Positions 51,688 through 61,396 of a stretch of 64,000 bases of DNA are shown here, one piece after another. Position 1 is the stretch's first letter, and the number at the start of each line of letters is the position of its first letter. The notes below the pieces were generated by a model that did no database searches, was not told where the DNA came from, and saw nothing but the letters and a program-made list of their open reading frames with translations. Made by a program: the position numbers and the translations under genes. Source of the stretch: Spongiibacteraceae bacterium (GTDB lineage: Bacteria; Pseudomonadota; Gammaproteobacteria; Pseudomonadales; CAMLJR01); contig JAYVWC010000076.1 in assembly GCA_043786385.1 (NCBI GenBank), positions 3,761-67,760 of the forward strand. Reading direction: 5' to 3'.

Positions 51688-54096
51688 TTAGTAAAGCAAA
51701 TATTTAGCGCGCAGCTGGCGAAAATCCGCCAGTGGGTTTTGCCAGTTGGCGGCAATGATGCGCGGATCTTCACCGGCGCGGATCGCGCTCAATACCGAGC
51801 GCGCGCCGATCATGCCGAGCGTATCGCCGAGTGTGAATTGCTGCGGATAGAGCGAGTGCAACGCGCTGGCGATTTCGATGCCGAGGGCTGGTGCATCCAA
51901 TACCTCGCGATTGGCTATTGCGATTTTTACGCCGTTGCATTGTTGACGGTGATAGTTGCTTTCATTCGGCGTAAACGAGGTTGGCGCGAACGTAACGCCG
52001 GCGATATGACGCTCACTTAAGTAACTCGCTAAACGCCGACTATCGATCCACGGCGCACCGAACACTTCAAACGGGCTGTCGGTGCCGCGACCAACACTGA
52101 CATTAGCGCCCTCGATCATCGCCACGCCTGGGTACAAAGCAGTTTGAGTCAGTGAGCGAAGATTCGGCGATGGATTAATCCAGCGCAGTCCGGTTTGATC
52201 GTACCAACTGGTGCGTTGATAGCCATTCATTTTGACCACGTGCAATTGCGCGCCGATATGATTTTCGGTGTTAAACAACATTGCGAGTTCGCCCGGCGTC
52301 ATACCGTAGCGCACCGGCAAAGGGTAATACGCGGTGAACGATTTGATATCGCGATCGAGCATCGGGCCTTGCACTAATTCGGCATTGATCGGGTTCGGAC
52401 GATCGAGCAAATAAAACGGAATGCCGGCTGCTGCGGCTGCTTCCATCGTATATGCCATCGTGCTGATGTAAGTGTAGAAACGCACGCCGGCATCTTGAAT
52501 ATCGAATACCAACGCATCGATGCCCTGCAACATTTGCGGCGTCGGCCGCAACGTTTTGCCATACAAGCTATAAAGGGGGAGGCCGCTGCTGGCTTCGACA
52601 CCGGACGCAACTTTTTCGTCGAGTTTGCCTTCGATGCCGTGCTCGGGGCTAAAAATCGCCACCAGCTTAATGCCGGGGGTGTTGCGCAATAAATCGATCG
52701 CGCGGCGACCCTGCGCATCGAGACTGGAATGATTGGTGATCAAGCCGATGCGCAATCCCGCCAGCGGCGCAAATTGTTGCGCGGCGATGACATCCAAACC
52801 GCTTTGCACTGCGCATTGCGGCAGCGCTTTAGTGCTGCCGTTAGATTTGTCATTGTTGGAAAAAATATCCGTTGCGGGTCGCTTTGCGACGACCGGCATT
52901 TGTTGCGCACCGGGCACTGCGAGCGCGGCGGTAACGGTATCGGCGACACCATTGCGCAGCGCCACCACATCGCCAGTATCGTTTGGATAGACACGGTTGG
53001 TGAGAATGATGACGTAGGTTGCGGTGATCGGATCGATCCAGATCGAGGTGCCGGTGTAACCGGTGTGACCGTAGAAACCCGGCGGCACCAGGATGTTGTT
53101 GCGTCGGCCGAGCGGCGCCTCCAGATCCCAACCGAATCCGCGTTGGCGCGTGGTGTCCGGCAGCGCCTGCGGCGCGGTCATTTGCGCAACTGTGGCGGGC
53201 TGCAAAATCCTCGTAGGGTGACCGGGTAGCGTGCCGCCGTGCAACAGCATTTGTGCGAATAGCGCGAGATCGTCGGCGGTTGAAAATAATCCGGCGTGAC
53301 CGGCGACGCCGCCCATACGCGACGCGGTGGGATCATTGACCTCGCCCCAAATAATTTTTTCCCGCCAGTACACCGTGGGCGCGATGCGATCGTGCAGATC
53401 GCTTGCAGGTTTAAAGCCGGTGTCGCGCATGCCCAGCGGGGTGAAGATATGGGTTTTGCAATACAGGTCGAGCGGCTGACCGCTAACGCGCCGCACTAGC
53501 TCGCCGAGAATTTCAAAATTGATATCGCTGTACTCGTAGCGCGTACCCGGTGGTTGCTGCGGCTGCTCCGCCGCGATCAATTCGAGCGCGGTGCGATAGC
53601 CGGACCAATTGTCGCGCGTCGATAGATCGGCGCGTAGGCCGGTGTAGTGAGTTAGCGCCTGGCGCACGGTAATCTGCGCTTTGCCGTTGGCGGCGAACTC
53701 CGGCCAATACTGGGCGATGGTGTCGTCGAGCTGTAAGCGATGTTGTTCAACCAACTGCATAATGGCGGTGGTGGTGGCGATTACTTTAGTCAGCGATGCT
53801 AGATCGAAAATAGTATCGGTGGTCATCGGCAGTTTTTTCGGCTGTTGCGCGCGATAACCGAAAGCCTTGCGATAGAGAATACGATCGCCGTTGCCGACTA
53901 GAACGACGGCACCGGGAATTTTGCCGGCGCGGATCTGGCCGGTGGCGATTTGATCGATGTGTTCGAGATCGGCAGCGCGCAGCGGCGGCACGCTGGGTAT
54001 TTGTGCGCCAGCGAGGTTTACCGTGCAACATAAAAGCAGTGTTAGGAGCGCTGTGTTTTTCACCGCGAGGCCATTACAGTATTTACCTGGACGCAA
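51688..54096 (-). CDS. Fusion of a beta-lactamase-fold serine hydrolase (AmiE-like) and an exo-beta-N-acetylmuramidase NamZ (DUF1343)
   Basis: N-half: FDLASLTK (SxxK), YEYSD, GHTGYTG. C-half: GLITNHS, FSPEHG, FDIQDAGVRFYTY, DRPNP, VGRGT. Signal peptide; alternative start GTG 54063. Confidence 0.85.
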   Translation of the reverse strand: MRPGKYCNGLAVKNTALLTLLLCCTVNLAGAQIPSVPPLRAADLEHIDQIATGQIRAGKIPGAVVLVGNGDRILYRKAFGYRAQQPKKLPMTTDTIFDLASLTKVIATTTAIMQLVEQHRLQLDDTIAQYWPEFAANGKAQITVRQALTHYTGLRADLSTRDNWSGYRTALELIAAEQPQQPPGTRYEYSDINFEILGELVRRVSGQPLDLYCKTHIFTPLGMRDTGFKPASDLHDRIAPTVYWREKIIWGEVNDPTASRMGGVAGHAGLFSTADDLALFAQMLLHGGTLPGHPTRILQPATVAQMTAPQALPDTTRQRGFGWDLEAPLGRRNNILVPPGFYGHTGYTGTSIWIDPITATYVIILTNRVYPNDTGDVVALRNGVADTVTAALAVPGAQQMPVVAKRPATDIFSNNDKSNGSTKALPQCAVQSGLDVIAAQQFAPLAGLRIGLITNHSSLDAQGRRAIDLLRNTPGIKLVAIFSPEHGIEGKLDEKVASGVEASSGLPLYSLYGKTLRPTPQMLQGIDALVFDIQDAGVRFYTYISTMAYTMEAAAAAGIPFYLLDRPNPINAELVQGPMLDRDIKSFTAYYPLPVRYGMTPGELAMLFNTENHIGAQLHVVKMNGYQRTSWYDQTGLRWINPSPNLRSLTQTALYPGVAMIEGANVSVGRGTDSPFEVFGAPWIDSRRLASYLSERHIAGVTFAPTSFTPNESNYHRQQCNGVKIAIANREVLDAPALGIEIASALHSLYPQQFTLGDTLGMIGARSVLSAIRAGEDPRIIAANWQNPLADFRQLRAKYLLY

Positions 54097-54124
54097 AATA
54101 TACCAGGTTAAATGTGGTGTGCGA

Positions 54125-55414
54125 TCATTTTGCCGCAGTCATCGTCGGCGGCGGTGTTTTGATGTTTTCCACAACATAGACATTGCGCGGATTCCACAAT
54201 AAATAACCATTGCTGCCAAAACGGTTGGCTGCGCTGATCTGCTGTTGAATTTCAGCAGCGCCGAATTGGCGGCGATCGAATGCGTAATCTTTGAAAGCCT
54301 GTAACCACGGACGGAAGCGTACCGCTGGTACCTGAGCGCGTTCGCGGGCGCGCTCCAGTGTGCGATAGACAATTTCGTGCGAGTTGGCAACCGCATCGCG
54401 ATAGCCAGGGATTCCAAATTGGAACCCGGACGGGTACAGCATGGGCGATACGTAATCGACGTGCTGCACCATGTCGGTGATGCGCTGGCCGATTTCGGTA
54501 TCGTTGGTATTCCAGGCGACGTAACCGAAAATATCGGCCGATAAAAAGACGTTGTACGGCACCAATTTTTGACGGGTAACGATTAGCAGGCCATTGATTG
54601 CTTCGACGCGGTTCTGTTCGTTGTTCGGTTTCGAGAATACCAGGCCGCGCGTATCGGGGAAGCGCACGTAATCGAATTGTATTTCGTCGAAGCCCATTTT
54701 GGCGGCTTCTTCGGCTAGCGCAGCATTGTATTCCCACACTTCGCGTTTAAACGGATCGACCCAGGCCAGGCCTTCGCGATCCTTCCAGATACCGCCGGCG
54801 GAATTTCTAACGGCTAGCTCTGGGTGCGCTTGGGCTAGCAGCGTATCCTTAAACACCACGATACGGCCAATCGTATAAATGCCTTGGGTGCGCAAGTTCG
54901 CGACCAGTTCGGGCATGTCTTTTTTCAGCACCAATTTTTGCGCGCCGATTTCGGTGGCCAGCGGCACCGCTGTTTTATAGCTCACCATCGCGGTATCGGT
55001 TTTCAGATCGATTACTAGCGTATTGATCTGAGTATCTTTGATTAAATTCAACGCTGAATTGCGCAGTTTGAGGCTACTGATACCGTACGCCGATAAGTAA
55101 ATGCCTTTCGGCGCAAATGGCGTTAAGGCCAGTACCGGCGCGCTGTTGTTCGCTGAACTTGATGCTGGGTTCAACGTTGCGCTAGCGCGGGTATGTCCGT
55201 ACGCGCGCGCGCGCAATTCGGTGCCGTCGCCGTCGATACGAAAGGCGCCGTTTTTATCAGTTTGCACGCTGCTGTTGCCGAGCGTGACGAACGCGCCTTC
55301 GATCGGCGCTTGCGTAGTTGCGTCGACGACTTTGCCGTTAACGGGGATTGCACAGACGGGAAGGGCGAGTGAACTGATTAATGCGACGGACAAGACGGCG
55401 GAAAACGCTTTCAC
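54125..55414 (-). CDS. Putative glycoside hydrolase (DUF4015) with N-terminal carboxypeptidase-regulatory-like domain
   Basis: Signal peptide; GKVVDA..PIEGA.V..TDKNG.F; KGIYL, RIVVFKD, WVDP, GFDEIQFDYVRFP, PMLYPS, RPWLQAF. Confidence 0.8.
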   Translation of the reverse strand: MKAFSAVLSVALISSLALPVCAIPVNGKVVDATTQAPIEGAFVTLGNSSVQTDKNGAFRIDGDGTELRARAYGHTRASATLNPASSSANNSAPVLALTPFAPKGIYLSAYGISSLKLRNSALNLIKDTQINTLVIDLKTDTAMVSYKTAVPLATEIGAQKLVLKKDMPELVANLRTQGIYTIGRIVVFKDTLLAQAHPELAVRNSAGGIWKDREGLAWVDPFKREVWEYNAALAEEAAKMGFDEIQFDYVRFPDTRGLVFSKPNNEQNRVEAINGLLIVTRQKLVPYNVFLSADIFGYVAWNTNDTEIGQRITDMVQHVDYVSPMLYPSGFQFGIPGYRDAVANSHEIVYRTLERARERAQVPAVRFRPWLQAFKDYAFDRRQFGAAEIQQQISAANRFGSNGYLLWNPRNVYVVENIKTPPPTMTAAK

Positions 55415-55491
55415 AAATCACCTGGAGTTAAGGATAAATCGTTCGCTAAGTGTAGACGGCTCGCCGTGAGCAAGGTCGCAATTTACAAAAA

Positions 55492-56376
55492 TTAATGCGT
55501 GGCAGCGACGGTTCGCTCGGGAGCTGCGATCATTTCTGCAAAATTTTTGCCTTGTTGCGAGTTGTTCATTAAGAAGCGTGGCATTGCGAACCGCCGATCC
55601 TGCGCGCGATCCTGGCGACCATCGATCGTAAATGCCGCGACATAACCGGCATTTTTTGCGCTTTCGAGCAGCTGGTCGTCGTAGATGCCGAACGGCCACG
55701 CGAGCAAATCGATGCTGCTGCCGAAACGCTTCTCCAATACGGCTTTCGATTTTTGCAGTTGAGTGACGACAATTTTGTCGTACTCGGCCGGTGTCAGCTT
55801 TTTCTTTTCCCGTTTGAAATTGGGGTGCCAATAAGTGTGCGATTGCACATTGAACAAGCCGGTGGCAACGAGCGCTTGCAATTGCTCCCAGCTCATTGCG
55901 TACGGCGCATGCGAATTGGATATTGCGGACGGGTAAATAAATAGCGTGACCGGTACGCGATATTGTTTGATCAGCGGCAACGCCACTTCGTAAACCGAGC
56001 GGTGCCCATCATCGAAGGTTATCACCACCGAGCGTGGCGGTGGTGGTGGCGCCTTGCCGATTCGATAATCGACCAGCGCCTGTAGCGGGATCACGGTGTA
56101 ATCGTGCTCTTTCAGGTATTTCAGGTGCGATTCGAATACCGGCGTGGTGATCGTCATGCTATCGGCGACGGTAGGGCCGAAGCGATGATAGGCCAGAATC
56201 GGCACGCTAACGGTGTCCTCAGCCAATGCCAGTGGAGCAAACTGCGAGGCGGTCAACGCCGCCAAGATCAGCGTCAAACGCCGGAAGATCGATTGCAACA
56301 AAATGGTTAACGCCTCTGCAGGTGGTTGGGGGAATAACGCTGAGCAAGTAATGGCACATGGATCGTGTTTTATCAA
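55492..56376 (-). CDS. Polysaccharide deacetylase (CE4, IcaB/PgaB-like)
   Basis: VPILAYH, VITFDDG, QSHTYWHP, AWPFG; signal-peptide-like segment ending LALA; true start probably downstream of 56376. Confidence 0.88.
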   Translation of the reverse strand: MIKHDPCAITCSALFPQPPAEALTILLQSIFRRLTLILAALTASQFAPLALAEDTVSVPILAYHRFGPTVADSMTITTPVFESHLKYLKEHDYTVIPLQALVDYRIGKAPPPPPRSVVITFDDGHRSVYEVALPLIKQYRVPVTLFIYPSAISNSHAPYAMSWEQLQALVATGLFNVQSHTYWHPNFKREKKKLTPAEYDKIVVTQLQKSKAVLEKRFGSSIDLLAWPFGIYDDQLLESAKNAGYVAAFTIDGRQDRAQDRRFAMPRFLMNNSQQGKNFAEMIAAPERTVAATH

Positions 56377-56457
56377 CCAAGCGGGGATGTATTTGCTACC
56401 ACCAAATCGTCGGCGTGCCGTGTATCATTCGCACATTACTATTAATGAGCATCTGAC

Positions 56458-57036
56458 ATGAGGTTTTGCAGCTACTGTGGGCACCCCGTCGAATTGCGCG
56501 TGCCGACCGGCGACGATCGCGAGCGGCACGTTTGCGCGCAGTGCCAGGCGATCCATTATCAGAATCCGCGGCTGATTGTGGGCACGTTGCCGGTGCATGG
56601 CGAGCGCGTGCTGCTATGTCGCCGCGCGATTGAACCGCGCCAAAATTGTTGGACTTTGCCGGCCGGTTTTATGGAAAACGGCGAGACCACATTGCAAGGT
56701 GCGCTGCGCGAAACTTGGGAGGAGGCGCGTGCGCGCATCGCCAACGAAACGCTGTATCGGGTGTTCGATCTACCTCACATCAATCAGGTGTATATGTTCT
56801 ACCGTGGCGAGCTGGTCGATGGCGAATACGGTGTCGGCCCCGAGAGTACCGAGGTGGCGTTGTTTCACGAGCATGAAATCCCCTGGCGCGAATTGGCTTT
56901 TCCAGTCGTAGTCGAAACGCTGCGCGAGTTTTTTGCCGATCGCGGGCGCGGTGCTTATCCGGTGCGTGCTTCGGGCATCGATCCCGGTTGGCGCGGTTGG
57001 TTCCAGCGCGACACCAATAATGAAAAGGACCAGTGA
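56458..57036 (+). CDS. NUDIX hydrolase with N-terminal zinc ribbon
   Basis: CSYCG..C..C, YQNP, GFMENGETTLQGALRETWEE Nudix box. Confidence 0.92.
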   Translation: MRFCSYCGHPVELRVPTGDDRERHVCAQCQAIHYQNPRLIVGTLPVHGERVLLCRRAIEPRQNCWTLPAGFMENGETTLQGALRETWEEARARIANETLYRVFDLPHINQVYMFYRGELVDGEYGVGPESTEVALFHEHEIPWRELAFPVVVETLREFFADRGRGAYPVRASGIDPGWRGWFQRDTNNEKDQ

Positions 57037-57040
57037 GTTG

Positions 57041-58366
57041 ATGGTTGAGTTTACCCCCATCGTTTGGATCGTACTTACCGCGTTGATCGCAGTGCTTGGC
57101 TTTATGTGGCTGACCTTGCGTCGCCGCGAGAATGAGTCACTGCGCTTGAGTGCGTCGCTTGCCGAGCGCGAACAACAGCTTGTGCAGCTGCAGCAGCGCG
57201 AGGCGGCGCTGCAAACCGAAGTTGCAACATTGCGTAATACGCTGGAGCACAGCGAGCGCACAGCTACGGAAAAACTCGCGTTGCTAAGCGATGCGAAGCA
57301 GCAATTGAGCCACGAGTTTCAAGTGCTCGCGCAGCGCATTTTCGAAGAAAAATCCGAGCGCTTTGCGCAGCAAAATAAAACCAATATCGACGGCACGCTA
57401 AATCCACTGCGCGAGCAGTTGAGCGAATTTCGCAAGCGCGTCGATACGGTTTACGACAAAGAGAGCCAGGATCGCGCATCGCTACGCGTCGAATTGCAGC
57501 AGTTAAAAGAATTGAATCAGCGCATGAGTCAGGAGGCGCTGAATCTAACGCGCGCGCTGAAAGGCGATAACAAAGCGCAGGGCAATTGGGGCGAGGTGGT
57601 GCTAGAGCGCGTGCTCGAAGAATCCGGCTTGCGCAAAGGCCACGAATACGAAACGCAACTCGCGATCACCAGCGACGAAGGTCGCCGCCGTTATCCCGAT
57701 GTGGTGGTACATCTGCCCGATAATAAAGACATTGTCATCGATGCCAAAGTTGCGCTGATTCATTATGAGCGTTATTGCAGCGCCGAGGATAATGCCGATC
57801 GCGCTGCGGCGCTGCGGTTGCACGTCGCTGCGGTGCGCGCGCATATCGATGGCCTCAGCGTTAAACAATACGAAAACTTACCCGGTATTCGCAGTCTCGA
57901 TTTCGTGTTGATATTTATTCCAATCGAAGCAGCGTTTTTGGCGGCTTTTGAAAACGATCCGGGCTTATTCAGCAGCGCGTACGAAAAAAATATCATCGTC
58001 GTCAGTCCGACCACATTGCTGGCAACGTTGCGCACAGTGCAAACGATTTGGCGCTACGAGCGTCAGAACAACAACGCCGAACTGATCGCCAAACAGGCCG
58101 GTGCTTTGCACGATCAATTTGCGCTGGTGTTGGAGGCGTTGCAGGAGGTTGGCCGACTGATCGATAAATCGCACAGCGCCTACGAACTCACCGTCGATCG
58201 TCTGGCGCGGGGTAAAGGCAATATGGTTAAGCGCGTTAACGATCTGGCCAAGTTGGGTGCGAAAACTAAGCGCACGCTGCCGAGCGAATTGCTCGATCGC
58301 GCCGATGACGAGGCGGAGCGGTTGGCGGTCGATACTGTGGCATCGCACGATGCCGTATCCGAATAA
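57041..58366 (+). CDS. rmuC: DNA recombination protein RmuC
   Basis: N-terminal TM, coiled coil, QGNWGE..LE..GL, PD..IVIDAK, SPTTLLA. Confidence 0.93.
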   Translation: MVEFTPIVWIVLTALIAVLGFMWLTLRRRENESLRLSASLAEREQQLVQLQQREAALQTEVATLRNTLEHSERTATEKLALLSDAKQQLSHEFQVLAQRIFEEKSERFAQQNKTNIDGTLNPLREQLSEFRKRVDTVYDKESQDRASLRVELQQLKELNQRMSQEALNLTRALKGDNKAQGNWGEVVLERVLEESGLRKGHEYETQLAITSDEGRRRYPDVVVHLPDNKDIVIDAKVALIHYERYCSAEDNADRAAALRLHVAAVRAHIDGLSVKQYENLPGIRSLDFVLIFIPIEAAFLAAFENDPGLFSSAYEKNIIVVSPTTLLATLRTVQTIWRYERQNNNAELIAKQAGALHDQFALVLEALQEVGRLIDKSHSAYELTVDRLARGKGNMVKRVNDLAKLGAKTKRTLPSELLDRADDEAERLAVDTVASHDAVSE

Positions 58367-58393
58367 ATTCAATTCCCAGGTGGAGAATTCGCA

Positions 58394-58864
58394 ATGCCTC
58401 ATCCCAAAATCGGTAATCTAGCGCCGGCGTTTACGCTGCTCGATCAAGCCGGCAACAAAGTTAACCTGAAAGATTTCCGCGATCAAAAAAATATCGTGCT
58501 GTATTTTTATCCGCGTGCGATGACGCCGGGCTGCAAAGTGCAAGCCTGTGGTCTGCGCGATAGCCAAAAAGAACTCGCCAAGCTCGATACGATTGCGCTG
58601 GGGGTGAGCCCCGATCCGGTTGCTAAATTGCAGAAGTTTATCGAAAAAGAAAATTTGAATTTCACGCTGTTGTCCGATGAGGATCATGCGGTCGCCGATA
58701 AATACGGCTGCTGGGGTATGAAGAAATTTATGGGCCGCGAATTTATGGGTTTGCTTCGCAGCACGTTTATCATCGGCAAAGATGGCAAGCTCAAGCACAT
58801 CATGGCCAAGGTCAATACCAAAACGCATCACGACGATGTATTGGCGTGGCTGCGTGCGAATTGA
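58394..58864 (+). CDS. bcp: Thioredoxin-dependent thiol peroxidase (Bcp/PrxQ)
   Basis: LYFYPRAMTPGCKVQAC. Confidence 0.93.
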   Translation: MPHPKIGNLAPAFTLLDQAGNKVNLKDFRDQKNIVLYFYPRAMTPGCKVQACGLRDSQKELAKLDTIALGVSPDPVAKLQKFIEKENLNFTLLSDEDHAVADKYGCWGMKKFMGREFMGLLRSTFIIGKDGKLKHIMAKVNTKTHHDDVLAWLRAN

Positions 58865-59054
58865 TAGCGCGTAGTCAGGTATTCCAGGCACGACTTGATC
58901 GCTTGTCTTGGTTAATTCAAATCGTGTACCTTTACAGCCCGCCGAAAAGGCCGCCACCACTTACAACAGAATTAATCATCGCTTCGAATCGGTTAGCAAA
59001 ATAGGACGATTCTTTGCTTAACGGCAGACATGCAGACATAAGGAATCATTAAAT

Positions 59055-59819
59055 ATGAGTAATGATGTGTTAGTTGAAGTTAGCAACGGCATAATGACCG
59101 TCACTATTAATCGTGCCGAAGCCAAAAATGCCGCCAATAAGGCGGTGGCGGTGGGTATTGCCGCTGCGATGGACGAGCTGGATAGCAACCCGGAAATTCG
59201 GGTGGCCATCATTACCGGTGCTGGCGGTACGTTTTGCTCCGGAATGGATCTCAAGGGCTTTTTGAAAGGCGAAGTGCCGATTGTAGAAGGCCGTGGTTTT
59301 GCCGGCGTCGCCGAAGCACCGCCGAAAAAGCCGTTGATCGCTGCGGTTGAAGGTTTTGCGCTGGCCGGTGGTTGCGAGCTGGCACTTGCTTGCGATCTGA
59401 TCATTGCCGCCGAGGACGCTAAGTTTGGCATTCCTGAGGTTAAGCGCGGCTTGATCGCTGCCGGCGGCGGTTTGGTCCGTTTGCCGAGACAGATCGCACC
59501 GCGTTTGGCGTTGGAGTTGGCGTTAACGGGAAATTCGATCGATGGTAAACGCGCCGCAGAAATTGGCCTGGTCAACCGCGCCGTTACGCCGGGTTCCGCG
59601 CTGGCTGTCGCCCGCGAACTCGCTGCAGAAATTGTGAAGAATGCGCCGCTGGCGCTGGCTGCGAGTAAGCAAATTATTCGCGACTCCGCGGATTGGTCGG
59701 TGGCGGAAATGTTTGCAAAACAAGCTGTGATTGCGGCGCCGGTATTTTCATCTCAGGATGCGCAAGAGGGTGCCAGAGCATTTGCTGAAAAGCGCCCGGC
59801 TAATTGGAAGTCTGCGTAA
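59055..59819 (+). CDS. Enoyl-CoA hydratase/isomerase family protein
   Basis: FCSGMDLK, ALAGGCE, FGIPEVKRGL, EGARAFAEKR. Confidence 0.93.
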   Translation: MSNDVLVEVSNGIMTVTINRAEAKNAANKAVAVGIAAAMDELDSNPEIRVAIITGAGGTFCSGMDLKGFLKGEVPIVEGRGFAGVAEAPPKKPLIAAVEGFALAGGCELALACDLIIAAEDAKFGIPEVKRGLIAAGGGLVRLPRQIAPRLALELALTGNSIDGKRAAEIGLVNRAVTPGSALAVARELAAEIVKNAPLALAASKQIIRDSADWSVAEMFAKQAVIAAPVFSSQDAQEGARAFAEKRPANWKSA

Positions 59820-59896
59820 TCGGGATTAATGTGCGGTTATAGAGCAGGCGGTTTTTGTCTGCTGAAGAATGTTTCGAGCTTAATCTTGCGATGAAT

Positions 59897-59931
59897 CAAT
59901 TACCGCCACTAGCGCAGAATGGCGGTAATTG
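59897..59931. terminator. 12-bp inverted repeat (terminator or regulatory hairpin)
   Basis: CAATTACCGCCA-N11-TGGCGGTAATTG. Confidence 0.5.
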
Positions 59932-59946
59932 TTAATAATGAGAGGC

Positions 59947-59966
59947 TCATATAGTATACTATATGA
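59947..59966. promoter_or_regulatory. Perfect 20-bp palindrome, candidate repressor operator
   Basis: TCATATAGTATACTATATGA, 67 nt upstream of the amidohydrolase ATG. Confidence 0.6.
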
Positions 59967-60033
59967 AATTAATGTACCTGATTGCTAATGTCTGGAAGTC
60001 GGGTTTATTTCCCAATAATTCGAGGTGTGTGCC

Positions 60034-61359
60034 ATGAAAATTGAAGACATGATTCTGGTCAGTATCGATGACCACGTCTCTGAGCCGATGGATATGTTTG
60101 AAAAGCATGCACCGCAGGCGCTCAAGGATAAGATGCCTAAGTTCATTGAAAAAGATGACCAAGCTTTTTGGCTGTATGAAGATATTAAGGTGATGAGCAT
60201 TGGTTTGAATGCGGTAGTGGGACGTCCTCGCAGTGAGTTCGGGATGGAGCCAACCAATTATTCGCAAATGCGTAAAGGTTGTCACGACGTCGATGCGCGC
60301 ATCGAAGATATGAACGTCAACGGCATTCTCGGTTCGTTGTGCTTCCCCACTTTTGCGGGTCTCGCTGGGACAACTTTGCTTAAGGCGAAAGATAAGAAAA
60401 TGGCGCTGTCTGTCAATCAGGTATACAACGATTGGCATATCGATGGTTGGTGTGCGGCTCATCCCGGCCGATTCATTCCGTGTGCTGTGCTGCCGTTGTG
60501 GGATGTCAATGAAGTGGTTGCAGAGGTGAAGCGCGTCGCTGCGAAGGGCTGCTATTCGGTGACGTTCCCGGATAACCCGACTGCATTAGGTTTGCCGAGC
60601 ATCCATAACGAATATTGGAAACCGTTTTGGCAGGTGTGTAGTGATGAAGACATCATGATCAACTGCCATATCGGATCGGGCTATTTTCCGCCAAGCCCAT
60701 CATTAGAATCGCCAATGGATTGTTGGATCACCACCATGCCGATGTCGATTGCTAACAGCGCGGCAGATTGGGTGTTCGGGCGCTTTATGATTGATCATCC
60801 GAATCTCAAGGTTGCAATGTCTGAGGGTGGTATCGGTTGGGTGCCGTATTTCTTAGAGCGCGCTGACTTCACCAATGAACACCATAAAGAATGGACTTTC
60901 GCTAATCGCAATACCGGTATGAAGCCCAGTGAAATTTTCCGTAAACATATTATGACCTGCTTTATCGATGACGAGTTTGGCCTTAAGAATCGTCACGATA
61001 TCGGTCTCGATCGCATTGCTTTTGAAGTCGACTACCCGCACTCCGATACCGTATGGCCGCAATCGCCAGAATACCTGCATCGCTGCGTAGAGCGGCTAAA
61101 CATACCGGACAACGAAATCGATATGTTTACCCATCTCAATGTAATGCGTGAGTGGCGCTACGATCCGTTCAGTATTTTGGGTCGCGAGAATTGCACGGTG
61201 GGCGCACTGCGCGAGCAATCCAAAAATGTAGATACCACGCTGCGGTCGATGGGCGGCAAAAGCGCAGCTCGTGATCCCAATCATCCGGTTACCTTCGGCG
61301 CGATTATGAGCATGCTGGGTGGTGCAGGGGATCCATCAAAGCGTGCTAAACAAGGCTAA
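60034..61359 (+). CDS. Amidohydrolase_2 family protein
   Basis: SIDDHVSEP, YNDWHIDGW, CHIG, SEGGIGWVP, EVDYPHSD. Confidence 0.9.
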   Translation: MKIEDMILVSIDDHVSEPMDMFEKHAPQALKDKMPKFIEKDDQAFWLYEDIKVMSIGLNAVVGRPRSEFGMEPTNYSQMRKGCHDVDARIEDMNVNGILGSLCFPTFAGLAGTTLLKAKDKKMALSVNQVYNDWHIDGWCAAHPGRFIPCAVLPLWDVNEVVAEVKRVAAKGCYSVTFPDNPTALGLPSIHNEYWKPFWQVCSDEDIMINCHIGSGYFPPSPSLESPMDCWITTMPMSIANSAADWVFGRFMIDHPNLKVAMSEGGIGWVPYFLERADFTNEHHKEWTFANRNTGMKPSEIFRKHIMTCFIDDEFGLKNRHDIGLDRIAFEVDYPHSDTVWPQSPEYLHRCVERLNIPDNEIDMFTHLNVMREWRYDPFSILGRENCTVGALREQSKNVDTTLRSMGGKSAARDPNHPVTFGAIMSMLGGAGDPSKRAKQG

Positions 61360-61369
61360 TTAACTGTTT

Positions 61370-61392
61370 CCGCTACGCAATTGGCGTAGCGG
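61370..61392 (+). terminator. Hairpin after the amidohydrolase gene
   Basis: CCGCTACGC-AATTG-GCGTAGCGG; no U-tract. Confidence 0.4.
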
Positions 61393-61396
61393 TGTA

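Noticed and set aside
52900..54096. Class C beta-lactamase
   Set aside because: The SxxK fold is fused to NamZ and has YSD/GHTG motifs, more consistent with an AmiE/esterase-like hydrolase; activity is untested
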